Assembly (NCBI GenBank): GCA_963718875.1
Contig: OY970378.1
Location: 68,396-132,395 of the forward strand
Source: Candidatus Parcubacteria bacterium
GTDB lineage: Bacteria > Patescibacteriota > Saccharimonadia > UBA4664 > JBIOIQ01
Reading direction: 5' to 3'
Length of the DNA stretch: 64,000 nucleotides
Below, one piece after another: positions 12,071 to 22,158 of this stretch (position 1 is its first letter; every line of letters starts with the position of its first letter). Both the position numbers and the translations under genes were made by a program. Under the pieces are notes generated by a model. The model did not search any database, was not told the origin of the DNA, and saw only the letters and a list, made by a program, of their open reading frames with translations.

Positions 12071-12992
12071 GCAGACACCGGCTGTCACTGTTGTGACGCC
12101 TATATATAATGGGATTGAGCACACCATTCCTTACCTTCGATCACTAAAAAAAGTAAAATATTCATACTTAGAAATTGTAATTGTAGACGACGGTTCTACG
12201 GATGGATCGGCTGAAAAGATTCGAGCAGAGTTTCCGGACGTTGTGGTTCTACAAGGAGATGGTTCGTTGTGGTGGTCCGGGGCAACAAACTTAGGAGTTA
12301 AATATGCACTTGAGCACAATGCCGATTATATATATACCGTCAATAATGACGTAGAGCTTGAATCTGGGTCAATTGGAAATTTAGTAAAGCTGGCGAAAGA
12401 AAATCCAACTGCCCTTATTGGATCAATGGTCTGCTACCTTGGCGAGCCGGACAGAGTTTGGTATTGTGGGGCAGAGTTTGACAATAAAACCAAGGATTTA
12501 ATTCACCGCTCTGGCTCGCGCGATCAATTCACTAAAATGGAGTCTTCTGAATGGCTAGCAGGTATGGGCGTGTTAGTCCCAGCTAGGGCATATGCGGATG
12601 TAGGGCTGTACGACCAATTAAATTTCCCTCAATATTTTGGTGACGCCGACTTTTCACTGCGGGCCAAAGCCCAAGGCTATTCGCTTTTGGTTGCCCCTTC
12701 AAGCGTGGTACTTGTAGACGACACTTCGTCTTGGGTGTTCAAAGCTTTCGAAAAAGGCTCCTGGAGTTTCATTTTTGAAGCCCTGGGTTCAATAAAATCT
12801 CAATACAACTTCAAGGTCAGATATAAATTTTACCGACGATATTGGCCAGGGTCGTGGCTAGGGGCTCTGTCTGGTTTTTATATTCACTTTACTAGCACTA
12901 TGTTAATCCCCTTCATAAAAATGAAAACTAAGCGGATCATATTAAGACTGTTTCCTTTTTTAGCTCGCTTTGAAAAAGGTGACCAGCAATGA
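12060..12992 (+). CDS. Glycosyltransferase family 2
   Basis: VVTPIYN, IVDDGSTDGS, WWSGATNLG, NND, YFGDADFSLRA. Confidence 0.88.
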   Translation: METKQTPAVTVVTPIYNGIEHTIPYLRSLKKVKYSYLEIVIVDDGSTDGSAEKIRAEFPDVVVLQGDGSLWWSGATNLGVKYALEHNADYIYTVNNDVELESGSIGNLVKLAKENPTALIGSMVCYLGEPDRVWYCGAEFDNKTKDLIHRSGSRDQFTKMESSEWLAGMGVLVPARAYADVGLYDQLNFPQYFGDADFSLRAKAQGYSLLVAPSSVVLVDDTSSWVFKAFEKGSWSFIFEALGSIKSQYNFKVRYKFYRRYWPGSWLGALSGFYIHFTSTMLIPFIKMKTKRIILRLFPFLARFEKGDQQ

Positions 12993-14002
12993 GCGTGCGG
13001 CATTTTGGCCCAAAAGACAAAGGCAATAACGGGGTAGCCAAGTATTCTACAATCATCGACGGGATAATTGATACCTTGCCAAAGCATTTAAACAATATTG
13101 AGCATTTTGAGCTTGGTTATACCGGACATAGAGAGTTATGGATGGCTCTTTCGGCGATAAGGAAGCATAACTCCAAAATTGTTCTTACATTGCATGATCC
13201 GCTTATTGTAACGGGCAAGCCATTTTACAAATATTTGCCTGGTAGCTTTCTAATAGTGAAGTTAATTAGAAAAGTGCTCGATGTAAGCTTTGGCAAACTG
13301 ATAATTCGGGAAGTAGTCAGAAAAGCTTCGGCCATAATAGTTTTAAACCCGCTGGCGAAGCCCGAAGTCGCAAAGCGATTTAATGTGCCTCCACAAAAGA
13401 TTCATAGCCTGCCTCTTCCTCCATTGCTACAGAGCGCACCGAGCGCTAACTCAAAGGGTTTTAATATATTAACTTTTGGTAATCTATCTCCACGCAAAGG
13501 GGTCGACTTATTAATTGAGGCCTTTGCCGGAGCTTTCGCGGATGATAAAAGAGCGAGCTTGGTGGTTGTGGGCGGATGCAAGGGGGAAGAAAAATATATG
13601 CAAAAGCTAGAGGCCATGAGCCACGGCATGAATGTGGCTTTTAAAGGTAGCCTTTCGGACAATGATTTAGCAACGGACATTGGAAAAGCTAATGTAGTGG
13701 TGTTACCTTACTATGACCCCGGGATTATACACGCCAGCGGACCACTAATTGCTGCTATGGCAGCCGGTAAAGCAGTAGTAGCATCACGTATACCTATTTT
13801 TGAAGGGGTAATGGAAGACGGAAAAACTGGTCTGCTTTTTGAGGAAGGTGATGCTAGCGACCTTAAGATAAAGTTATTGGAGCTAAAGAATGATCAAGCT
13901 TTAGCAAAGCGTATTGGGCAAGCCGCAGAGCAACATATACGCAAGTATCACAACCTGGATATAATTAAAAAACAGTTAATAACCACATACGAGTCACTAT
14001 GA
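12989..14002 (+). CDS. Glycosyltransferase family 4
   Basis: FGNLSPRKGVD, VLPY...SGPLIAAMAAGKAVVAS. Confidence 0.8.
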   Translation: MSVRHFGPKDKGNNGVAKYSTIIDGIIDTLPKHLNNIEHFELGYTGHRELWMALSAIRKHNSKIVLTLHDPLIVTGKPFYKYLPGSFLIVKLIRKVLDVSFGKLIIREVVRKASAIIVLNPLAKPEVAKRFNVPPQKIHSLPLPPLLQSAPSANSKGFNILTFGNLSPRKGVDLLIEAFAGAFADDKRASLVVVGGCKGEEKYMQKLEAMSHGMNVAFKGSLSDNDLATDIGKANVVVLPYYDPGIIHASGPLIAAMAAGKAVVASRIPIFEGVMEDGKTGLLFEEGDASDLKIKLLELKNDQALAKRIGQAAEQHIRKYHNLDIIKKQLITTYESL

Positions 14003-15150
14003 AAATTGGCGTTGAAACATCGGTACTAATTCGAAAACAAAAAACAGGGGTAGAAAACTATACTCTTAATATTCTTAGAGAAGTTGTTAAGCAAATGCCT
14101 AATGACCAGTTTTACATGACTTATATCAGCTTTATTACAAAAAAATCGGCTGATCTTGGCGTTCGTGGTCCAAATGTTTTTCAAAGAAAAATTAATCTAC
14201 TCCCGGGGAGACTTTATCATTTGTTCGTTCGTAAACTGGTTGGGATTCCATATGATTTTCTAGCTTTGTTGAAGCCAGATATTTTCTTTTTTCCAAATTT
14301 TATTAGGTGGCCATTAGCCTGGACAAAAAAATCCGTAATCGTTGTTTATGACTTATCTTTCTTAAAAGCTAGTGAATACGCCACAAAAAGCTTTCGAGAG
14401 TATATGACCAAAATTGTGCCAAAATCCATTCGGCAGGCGTCCCAGGTAGTGGCAATTTCTGAGAGCACAAAACGGGAAATTATTAATGAGTATGGGACTG
14501 ACCCAAATAAAATAACCGTGATTTACCCGGCGGTTGACCATGAATTTTTTCGGCCCGCCAGTAGCAACGAGGTGGAGGATGTAAAGCAAAAGTTCCAGAT
14601 TGAGGGGCCGTATATTTTGAGTGTGGGCACTCAAGAACCACGTAAAAATTTGCTCGGGCTACTCAAAGCTTACGCTAAGCTCGACGAAAAGATTCTTAGC
14701 AGCCATACTCTTGTGCTTACCGGGGGCAAAGGCTGGCTGGATCAGGAGCTTAATAGCTTGTACGATAATTTAATTAAAAACTATAGCATCATCCGTACTG
14801 GGTACGTTGACGAAAAAGATTTACCAGCACTTTTTACAGGGGCCAGCGTTTTTGCTTACCCAGCTTTTTATGAAGGCTTTGGCATGCCTCCACTTGAAGC
14901 CATGGCCTGTGGTACGCCGGTGATAACGTCTAATAATACTTCCTTACCCGAAGTTGTGGGAGATGCCGGCCTGATGGTTGGTGCACATAACATTGACGAA
15001 TTGACGGCTGCCCTGACTCGTGTGCTAAGCGACGAAAAGCTGGCCCAAAAAATGTCAAAAGCCGGGCTGGAACAGTCCAAAAAGTTTGTCTGGAGTCACG
15101 AAGCCGCAAAACTAGTAAAAGTTTTTGATGGGCTTGGTAAATCAAAATGA
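13999..15150 (+). CDS. Glycosyltransferase family 4
   Basis: [28 protein letters not shown]. Confidence 0.9.
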   Translation: MKIGVETSVLIRKQKTGVENYTLNILREVVKQMPNDQFYMTYISFITKKSADLGVRGPNVFQRKINLLPGRLYHLFVRKLVGIPYDFLALLKPDIFFFPNFIRWPLAWTKKSVIVVYDLSFLKASEYATKSFREYMTKIVPKSIRQASQVVAISESTKREIINEYGTDPNKITVIYPAVDHEFFRPASSNEVEDVKQKFQIEGPYILSVGTQEPRKNLLGLLKAYAKLDEKILSSHTLVLTGGKGWLDQELNSLYDNLIKNYSIIRTGYVDEKDLPALFTGASVFAYPAFYEGFGMPPLEAMACGTPVITSNNTSLPEVVGDAGLMVGAHNIDELTAALTRVLSDEKLAQKMSKAGLEQSKKFVWSHEAAKLVKVFDGLGKSK

Positions 15151-16067
15151 AAGCTTTAGTTACTGGCGCCAATGGTTTTGTGGGCCAACACTTAGTGGAT
15201 TTGCTCATTGGCGATAAGGTTAGGGTGGTTGCAACTGGGCAGAGCCCTACTAGCCCTTTTGGTGAAGGTGTTGAATATGTTTGCGTTGACCTTATGGATG
15301 ATAATAAGGTAAAAACCTTGCCATTAGCTGATGTCGGTGTCGTTTTTCACTTGGCTGGGTTAGCCGCCATTGGCCCAAGCTTTGAGATGCCTAGAAAATA
15401 CATTGAGACAAACGCCGGTATTCAAATTAATTTGTTTGAAGCGTGTTTGGCACAAAAGATTTTTCCTAGAGTTGTTGTGGTGAGTTCAGGGGCACTATAT
15501 GACCCTCACAATGTATTACCGCTAACGGAAAAGTCCGCCACCTCCCCTAACTCGCCCTATGCTGTTAGTAAACTGAGCCAAGAAGCTTTGGGTTATTATT
15601 ATGGCACTCGTGGATTTGAAGTAATAGTTGCCCGTCCATTTAATCACATTGGTCCGGGGCAAGGGCCGGGGTTTTTGGTGCCAGATTTGTGCAAGCAAAT
15701 CGTGGAGGCGGAACAGTCGAGTAAAAGCAAAATTAAAGTGGGAAATCTTGATTCAAAACGCGACTATACTGATGTACGTGACATCGTGCGGGCTTATGTG
15801 CTCTTGGCAGACAAAGGCACAGCTGGCGAAGTTTATAACGTTTGTAACGGTAGCTCGGTGTCTGGCAAAGAAATTCTTAATCAACTGCTGGCTTTATCTG
15901 ACGCGGCCATTACTGTAGAGGAGGATGCGGATAAATTGCGCCCCTCTGACATTCCTGATCTTTATGGCGACTACTCAAAGCTGCATCAAGCGACCGGCTG
16001 GCAGCCGCAAATTCCACTAGATCAGACTTTGAAGGACACTTTAGAATTTTGGCGTAAGCGAGCTTAG
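15147..16067 (+). CDS. NAD-dependent epimerase/reductase, GDP-4-keto-6-deoxy-D-mannose reductase (Rmd)-like
   Basis: LVTGANGFVG, SPYAVSK, RPFNHIGPGQ, GNL...RDYTDVRD, LRPSD. Confidence 0.75.
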   Translation: MKALVTGANGFVGQHLVDLLIGDKVRVVATGQSPTSPFGEGVEYVCVDLMDDNKVKTLPLADVGVVFHLAGLAAIGPSFEMPRKYIETNAGIQINLFEACLAQKIFPRVVVVSSGALYDPHNVLPLTEKSATSPNSPYAVSKLSQEALGYYYGTRGFEVIVARPFNHIGPGQGPGFLVPDLCKQIVEAEQSSKSKIKVGNLDSKRDYTDVRDIVRAYVLLADKGTAGEVYNVCNGSSVSGKEILNQLLALSDAAITVEEDADKLRPSDIPDLYGDYSKLHQATGWQPQIPLDQTLKDTLEFWRKRA

Positions 16068-16089
16068 ACGGGAGGGCTTGGAAAGAGGT

Positions 16090-17103
16090 CTATTGTTTAA
16101 TTTTGGCGCCCTCAATTTTTAGGTCGTGTTCGACCATCATTTTGACTAGCCCAGGAAAGTCCACTTGACGCTTCCAACCCAAGACTTTTTCCGCTTTAGT
16201 GGCATTCCCTAGCAGCAAGTCGACTTCAGACGGGCGCATAAAAGCTGGATCTTGTTTAACATACTTTTTCCAGTCATTGACCCCAATCGCTTTGAACGAG
16301 AGAGCTAAAAACTCTTTGATGTCGTGGGTCTCTCCTGTAGCTAAAACGTAATCATCCGGTTCCGTTTGTTGCAGCATACGCCACATACCTTCGACATAAT
16401 CCCCCGCGTAACCCCAGTCTCTCTTGGCATCCAAATTGCCGAGGATAATTTCTTCTTGAAGCCCTAGCTTGATTCTGGCTACCGCTTGGCTGATTTTACG
16501 GGTTACAAATTCTGGACCGCGTCGGGGGCCTTCATGATTAAACAAGATCCCACAACTGATGTGCATACCGTAACTTTCGCGGTAATTGCGGCTAATCCAG
16601 TGGCCATAAAGCTTGGCTACGCCATAGGGGCTGCGGGGATGGAAGGTAGCGGTTTCGTCGTACCCGGTGTCGGGGCGGTTATACGCCAGGCCGCCGAACA
16701 TTTCGGAAGTTGAAGCTTGGTAAAATCGAACGGTTGGTTCGCCACCAGATAGCCGGATTGCTTCCAGCATATTGAGAACGCCGCCTCCAGTAACTTGGTG
16801 CGTCAGGATTGGGTCGCGGAATGAGTAGCCGACATGGCTGATAGCCGCCAAGTTATAAACCTCATTTGCCTGAGACTCCTGCATTGCTCGAACCAGTGAG
16901 GATAAATCGAGCAGATCCGCCATTATGAGATTAACGTAGGGCATTTCCTGCTTAACAGCTTTGTAACGCGGGTGGCTGGCTTCCATTTGACCACGGATGA
17001 TGCCATAGACCTCATAGCCTTTTTGGTGTAAAAGCTCTGCTAAGTGGCCTCCGTCTTGACCTGCAATTCCGGTAATAAGTGCGCGCTTAGTAGGTTGTGA
17101 CAT
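16090..17103 (-). CDS. gmd: GDP-mannose 4,6-dehydratase
   Basis: ALITGIAGQDG, YQASTSEMFG, PRSPYGVAKLY, FNHE.PRRG..FVTRKI, GNLDAKRDWG. Confidence 0.95.
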   Translation of the reverse strand: MSQPTKRALITGIAGQDGGHLAELLHQKGYEVYGIIRGQMEASHPRYKAVKQEMPYVNLIMADLLDLSSLVRAMQESQANEVYNLAAISHVGYSFRDPILTHQVTGGGVLNMLEAIRLSGGEPTVRFYQASTSEMFGGLAYNRPDTGYDETATFHPRSPYGVAKLYGHWISRNYRESYGMHISCGILFNHEGPRRGPEFVTRKISQAVARIKLGLQEEIILGNLDAKRDWGYAGDYVEGMWRMLQQTEPDDYVLATGETHDIKEFLALSFKAIGVNDWKKYVKQDPAFMRPSEVDLLLGNATKAEKVLGWKRQVDFPGLVKMMVEHDLKIEGAKIKQ

Positions 17104-17166
17104 CGTGTCCTTTCGTAAAGTACTGCTTTAAAGATTTTCTCTGCTCCAGATACAAAAGTCAAACAC

Positions 17167-17224
17167 ATGGCTCGTATGCCGCTACCCGTAATCCGTCTTC
17201 CGTCGCCTTGCCGCGGCTTGCAGA
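17167..17224. repeat. ~58 bp imperfect direct repeat, copy 1 (flanks TA module)
   Basis: ATGGCTCGTATGCCGCTACCCGT...TTCCGTCGCC...GCGGC.TGC also at 17837. Confidence 0.85.
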
Positions 17225-17235
17225 TAACCTATAGC

Positions 17236-17496
17236 TTACTTATTGGCAAAACGGTGCAAAACAGAGCTAACCAGAGTCTGATATGGTAACCCGTTTTCGG
17301 CTGCCTTGGCCTTGATTTTAAGTAAAGCTTTTTCCGACAAGCGAATATTAATATTTTTGGTTTTGCCTAAACTTTCTTTGGCAACCAGCTGAAAACGCTT
17401 TTGCTCTTCTTCTAAATTGCCAACACTGGCAAACTCGCCCTGTTCTACGTCGTCCAGGATCTGTTGCTCTTCTTGGCTAAGTTCATAAAACTTCAT
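17236..17496 (-). CDS. CopG/RHH-type antitoxin (BrnA-like partner)
   Basis: KNINIRLS...KIKAKAAENGLPYQTLVSSVLH; overlaps toxin. Confidence 0.8.
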   Translation of the reverse strand: MKFYELSQEEQQILDDVEQGEFASVGNLEEEQKRFQLVAKESLGKTKNINIRLSEKALLKIKAKAAENGLPYQTLVSSVLHRFANK

Positions 17497-17783
17497 GACT
17501 TTTTCCTTCTATCAATTAAGTATTTTTTGGTGGCTTTTCTACTGGAGATAATGGTTTTTAGGAAAATTTTTTGTTCATCCTCCACAAAAGGCACGAGGTA
17601 GACATACTCGTATATTTCTACAATCAATACCCGCTGGTTTTTATATTTGGTTTTATTGTGATGCTCTACAATGTCCAATATTTTTCGATCTTCGATGGCA
17701 AGCTCAACCTCTTCAAAAGAAGTATTACGTTCTATCTTTAGCGATTGATTCTTATCATTATCCCAATCAAAATATTTCATCAA
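17493..17783 (-). CDS. BrnT-like type II toxin
   Basis: FDWDNDKNQSLKIERNTSFEEV...YVYLVPFVE...FLKTI..SRKATK. Confidence 0.8.
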   Translation of the reverse strand: MMKYFDWDNDKNQSLKIERNTSFEEVELAIEDRKILDIVEHHNKTKYKNQRVLIVEIYEYVYLVPFVEDEQKIFLKTIISSRKATKKYLIDRRKKS

Positions 17784-17836
17784 TCAAATTGTATGACAAC
17801 TAGTATGTAATGTCAATAATTCTGAGTAAATTGAGT

Positions 17837-17896
17837 ATGGCTCGTATGCCGCTACCCGTGCTTACGCTTTCCGTCGCCATATGCGGCCTGCGGAGA
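17837..17896. repeat. ~58 bp imperfect direct repeat, copy 2
   Basis: First 23 nt identical to 17167-17189. Confidence 0.85.
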
Positions 17897-17917
17897 ACGG
17901 AGAAACGGAGGTAGCAT

Positions 17918-19243
17918 ATGATAGAATACCTGGGTATGAAATTCCTCAAGAAATACTGGATTTACTTTTTAGTCGCTTCCCTACCCTTTGAACGAATCCC
18001 CTCTTTCAATATTTCACTCCAAGGCCGTAGCGTAACTGTGAGGCTGAGTTATATTGTGGCGGTACTTGGGCTGGTGCTGTTTGGGAAACAGCTTTTAAAG
18101 GTGCTTAAATGGCGTTGGACCTCTCCTGTGTCGTGGTTATTGCTGTATCTTTTTGTAGCCTTCCTTTCTACTATTGCGGCGCTTGATGTTGCGAGAGCAG
18201 TAATAGCGTTGGTGGCCAGCTTAATTACGATTGGAACGGGGCTTGTTGTAGCCCAGGTCGTAAAGCCCAACATGATGCCACAGATTTACCGCGTCCTGTC
18301 AGTTGTAACGGTTGTAGCTTGTTTAATAGGACTTTACCAATTCTTTGGTGACAGTTTTGGTCTTTCACCGAGCCTAACTGGTTTGACGCCGAATTATGTC
18401 CATAAAGTGTTTGGTTTTCCTAGGATTCAATCAACTGGTTTAGAGCCGCTTTTTTTTGGTAATTTCCTTTTAATCCCGTTTGGATTAACTTTGGCCAAAA
18501 TCTTAGGTAATCGTTACAGTAAATGGACTGCATTACTTTTGATATTAATCACGATCACAATTGTTCTAACCCTGTCACGTGGCACCTTTTATGCGGCGTC
18601 GGCTGGCCTAATTGGTCTGGCTATCACCTTGGTTCGCCGCAACAGATTAAGAAGCGCTGGAGTTGCTTTAGCAGCATTACTGGGGGGAATAGGGATTGGA
18701 GTTGGTTTGATTGTGGCGGTTACAACTCTGAACCCTTACGAGGGGCGGAGTGGTAAAAAATCAATCCAACAGTTTGCTAAGCAATCAACCACCCTCAATG
18801 CTAGCGCAACTTCGGCTGATAGCGATCGGGTAGTTAATCGTCGACTGGCTGTTCAAGCCTTCGAAGCAAGTCCATTTTTAGGTAATGGCCTTGGTAATTT
18901 TGGAACTTACGTTCAAGCCACCAACCCTGACCTTTATGGTCCTCGTACTTCTAAGGTAGTGGTAAACAATGAATACCTAGAGGTGTTGGCGGAAACTGGT
19001 ATTGCAGGGGCTTTTGCTTTAGTCGGCTTTGTGCTTAGTTTGGCTTGGACGGTATTCAAACGTGTAATATTTGTGATGGATGAAGAAAGGATGTGGTTAC
19101 TTGGCCTGACTGCAGTCTGCGGCGGTTTTTTGATTCAGTTTTACGCGTTTTCCACTTTGTATGTGATGCATATTTGGGTAGCCGTTGGCTTGCTTATGGG
19201 GCTAGCCCAGTTTAATGGTCGGACGGCCAAAGATAGGGCTTAA
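17918..19243 (+). CDS. O-antigen ligase/polymerase (Wzy_C) family membrane protein
   Basis: Polytopic; RIQSTGLEP..FG, LTLSRG, PFLGNGLGNF, NEYLEVLAETGIAG; GGAGGT upstream. Confidence 0.85.
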   Translation: MIEYLGMKFLKKYWIYFLVASLPFERIPSFNISLQGRSVTVRLSYIVAVLGLVLFGKQLLKVLKWRWTSPVSWLLLYLFVAFLSTIAALDVARAVIALVASLITIGTGLVVAQVVKPNMMPQIYRVLSVVTVVACLIGLYQFFGDSFGLSPSLTGLTPNYVHKVFGFPRIQSTGLEPLFFGNFLLIPFGLTLAKILGNRYSKWTALLLILITITIVLTLSRGTFYAASAGLIGLAITLVRRNRLRSAGVALAALLGGIGIGVGLIVAVTTLNPYEGRSGKKSIQQFAKQSTTLNASATSADSDRVVNRRLAVQAFEASPFLGNGLGNFGTYVQATNPDLYGPRTSKVVVNNEYLEVLAETGIAGAFALVGFVLSLAWTVFKRVIFVMDEERMWLLGLTAVCGGFLIQFYAFSTLYVMHIWVAVGLLMGLAQFNGRTAKDRA

Positions 19244-19248
19244 GGCAT

Positions 19249-20388
19249 ATGAAAATTGTAATTGATGGGCGCATGCTGGCCTGGACTGGTATTGGGCGAT
19301 ATACCAGTGAGTTAATCCAAAATTTGGCAAAGATAGACAAAGACAACGACTATACCGTTTTACTTGATCCAAAAGATGCAGATAAGCTTGGTGCGTTACC
19401 GACCAACTTTGAAAAAAGAGTTGTAAATATTAGGCCTTATGGATTACAAGAACAGCTGGTGTTGCCATTTATTCTGTACAAACTACGGCCAGACTTGGTT
19501 CATTTTGTGCATTTTACCGCTCCTCCTTTGTATTTTGGTAAACGGGCGGTAACTGTTCATGACCTGACTCTGGTACGCTACAAGACACATCGTGGAACAG
19601 GATTTAAGCGTCTTGTATTTGAACTTAAGTACTGGATTATGCGCTTTCTATTACGCTGCTCAGTAATGCGAGCTGACGCGGTTTTGACTGATACCGAATG
19701 GGTTAAGCGAGATATTTTGAGCTTTTATAGGCATTCGGTTTTCCGCAAGCTTTTAGAAGGTAAAATAACTGCTACCTTGCTATCAATTAGCTCTTCAGCT
19801 ACACAGATTGATGCTAGTAAGGCAAGCATTAAGATTGATGAACCGTTTTTGCTCTATGTCGGAAACTATTACCCCAATAAAAATATATTCACTTTGTTAA
19901 GCGTTTTTGAACGGCTACGAGCCGCCCGACCCAAACTAAGGCTGGTATTAGTCGGCCCCAAGGATTATTTTTTAGAGCAAGCGAAACTCCAAATCACAAA
20001 AATGGGACTAAACGACTCCGTGACTGTAACCGGGTGGATCACAGATGCGGACTTGGCCTGGTTATATAAAAAAGCGGCGTTATTTGTATTTCCGTCGCTA
20101 TCCGAAGGGTTTGGGATGCCACCGCTAGAAGCTATGGCTGCTGGCACCCCAGTAATATCGTCTGATTCAACTTGCCTGCCAGAGGTTTTGGGAGATGCGG
20201 CGGCTTACCTTGACCCTACTGATCCCCAAGACATGGAAACTAAAATAGATGCCCTGCTAAAAAACGACAAAGAGTTAGGGCGGCTGCGTAAAGCCGGTTA
20301 TGAGCGGGTTAAGCTTTTTTCTTGGCACCGAACAGCTAAGCAGACTCTGGATGTGTACCGGAAGGTTCTTTTCGCGAATAATGAATAA
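19249..20388 (+). CDS. Glycosyltransferase family 4
   Basis: [28 protein letters not shown]. Confidence 0.9.
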   Translation: MKIVIDGRMLAWTGIGRYTSELIQNLAKIDKDNDYTVLLDPKDADKLGALPTNFEKRVVNIRPYGLQEQLVLPFILYKLRPDLVHFVHFTAPPLYFGKRAVTVHDLTLVRYKTHRGTGFKRLVFELKYWIMRFLLRCSVMRADAVLTDTEWVKRDILSFYRHSVFRKLLEGKITATLLSISSSATQIDASKASIKIDEPFLLYVGNYYPNKNIFTLLSVFERLRAARPKLRLVLVGPKDYFLEQAKLQITKMGLNDSVTVTGWITDADLAWLYKKAALFVFPSLSEGFGMPPLEAMAAGTPVISSDSTCLPEVLGDAAAYLDPTDPQDMETKIDALLKNDKELGRLRKAGYERVKLFSWHRTAKQTLDVYRKVLFANNE

Positions 20389-20556
20389 GGAATTATAAAT
20401 TAGGTTTACCGAAGCGCTTGCCTGAGCTTGTCGAATACTAAGTAGGCGCCGTGCCCAGCCCTTCGACCCTTCGATTACGCTCAGGCCAGGCAGGCTCAGG
20501 GAGTAAAATGGAGGCATTGTAAGCGCCGTGATTCTTGATTCTTAATTCATGATTCG
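20376..20556. repeat. Composite intergenic palindrome: heptamer arms enclosing a REP-like hairpin with a nested copy
   Basis: GAATAATGAATAAGGAATTAT arm vs GATTCTTGATTCTTAATTCATGATTCG arm; inner CCTGAGCTTGTCGAA / TTCGAC[..]AGGCTCAGG. Confidence 0.7.
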
Positions 20557-20563
20557 TTAGTGC

Positions 20564-21955
20564 TTACTTGCCGATGCAGAAATTACTAAAAATCTGGTCA
20601 ATCACGGCCTTGTTGACCGATTCGCCAAGTAGTCCACTTAGCTTTTCAGCAGCAATGGTTAGCTCACCAGCTAGAACATCGAATGGGGCCCCGTCATGCA
20701 GGGCGTGGGAGGCTCGACCAAGTCCTTCATTGGCTTCTTTAAGGCCGTTAAGCTGACGAGCGCTGGTAACAAAAGCGGATTCGACCTTAACTGAACCTGT
20801 ACCTATTTGATAAAGTTTTTGTCGCAAATTATCCAGCCCCTTGCCCGTCTTGGCCGAGGTTTGGATTACAACCGTAGGTTTGAATGGCCAGGCTATACCA
20901 AGTCTTGGGTCTTGAGTCTTGAGTCTTGAGGGGGGTGCGTCATCGGCCATGTCTATTTTGGTTTGAACACCAATCACTGGCGTTCCCGGAGTAAGTCTTA
21001 AGCTCTCAAACTGTTCTAGCAACTGGCCCATGTTTTGCTCGGCGCTAGCTGCCACCAGCAGTACGTCGGCCTGACGAGACTGAGCTTGGCTGCGGGCTAC
21101 CCCCTGTTGCTCGACAATTTCGGCGGCCTCCCGCAATCCGGCTGTATCAACAAACACTACTCCCAGCCCATGGATAGAGATACTCTCTTCCAGGGTATCG
21201 CGAGTGGTGCCAGCTAAGTCAGCTACAATAGCACGCTCGTATCCAACCAGGGCATTGAGCAGACTCGACTTTCCAGCGTTGGGCAGGCCAACAATTGCAA
21301 CTCTAAGCCCGTCCTTGGCAATTAAAGCCGTCTTAGCATTATCAAGCCACAAGGAAATGACATTCTGCAGCCCTTGTAAATCAGTCGCGATGGTGGCTGG
21401 GTCAAGATCAGGAATGTCTTCTTCGCCAAAGTCGAGGTTGGCCGATATCTTGGCGATGAGATCTACAATGTCTCCCCGCACTTGTTCGATCTGCCGCGAC
21501 ACCACGCCAGAAACTTTTCGCTCTGCTAGGAGCAATGCCGCTTCTGTATTGGCATCAATTAAATCGGCAACGGCCTCTGCTTGCATAAGGTCTAGTTTGC
21601 CATTTAAGTAGGCGCGCTTGGTAAATTCACCTGGTTCGGCCAACCGAGCACCGGCGGCCATAGCACCAGAAATAAGTTTTTCGACCACAGCCGTGCTCGC
21701 ATGCAGCTGCAGTTCAACAACGTCTTCGCCGGTGTAGGAGTTGGGAGCCGGCATGGCTACAACTAACGCTTGATCAATTGCCTCATCATTGGATTGTGCA
21801 GAACCCAAAATGAGCTCACGCGGACGCTGCCAGGCTAACTTAGAGCGGTTGTGCAAAGACAAACTTATGGCCTCAGCTTGTGGTCCGCTGAGTCTTATTA
21901 CGGCAATCCCTCCCCTCCCGGGTGGCGTTGCCAAAGCTACAATAGTGTCATTCAT
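20564..21955 (-). CDS. mnmE: tRNA modification GTPase MnmE
   Basis: DTIVALATPPG, SYTGEDVVE, AEPGEFTKRAYLNGKLDL, GLPNAGKSS, GTTRD, DTAG, C-terminal FCIGK. Confidence 0.97.
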   Translation of the reverse strand: MNDTIVALATPPGRGGIAVIRLSGPQAEAISLSLHNRSKLAWQRPRELILGSAQSNDEAIDQALVVAMPAPNSYTGEDVVELQLHASTAVVEKLISGAMAAGARLAEPGEFTKRAYLNGKLDLMQAEAVADLIDANTEAALLLAERKVSGVVSRQIEQVRGDIVDLIAKISANLDFGEEDIPDLDPATIATDLQGLQNVISLWLDNAKTALIAKDGLRVAIVGLPNAGKSSLLNALVGYERAIVADLAGTTRDTLEESISIHGLGVVFVDTAGLREAAEIVEQQGVARSQAQSRQADVLLVAASAEQNMGQLLEQFESLRLTPGTPVIGVQTKIDMADDAPPSRLKTQDPRLGIAWPFKPTVVIQTSAKTGKGLDNLRQKLYQIGTGSVKVESAFVTSARQLNGLKEANEGLGRASHALHDGAPFDVLAGELTIAAEKLSGLLGESVNKAVIDQIFSNFCIGK

Positions 21956-21992
21956 GGGCTAAATTTGGCTCCTATGCTTAGCGCCCAAACCT

Positions 21993-22151
21993 GTCATCCC
22001 CTATCGGAAGGTCATTTTTACTTATCTGTAATATAACAATTGACCGCTCCGGATAGGGGAACCACCAGCCAATGTTGATCCTGAACGGTAGGAGCCTGCC
22101 TGCCGGCAGGCAGGCGGCCATTTAATACTGGTTTTCCTCTTTTAGGATGAC
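21993..22151. repeat. REP-like GTCATCC...GGATGAC element containing the perfect palindrome CCTGCCTGCCGGCAGGCAGG (22095-22114)
   Basis: Terminal inverted repeats; internal CCCCTATC/GATAGGGG and TGACCGCTCC/GGAG^CGGCCA pairings. Confidence 0.7.
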
Positions 22152-22158
22152 AAAAGAG

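Noticed and set aside
17167-17224. ZTP or c-di-GMP riboswitch, or ops/JUMPstart element
   Set aside because: Only partial resemblance (GGCGA, GGGTAGCGG on the minus strand); the required conserved motifs are missing.
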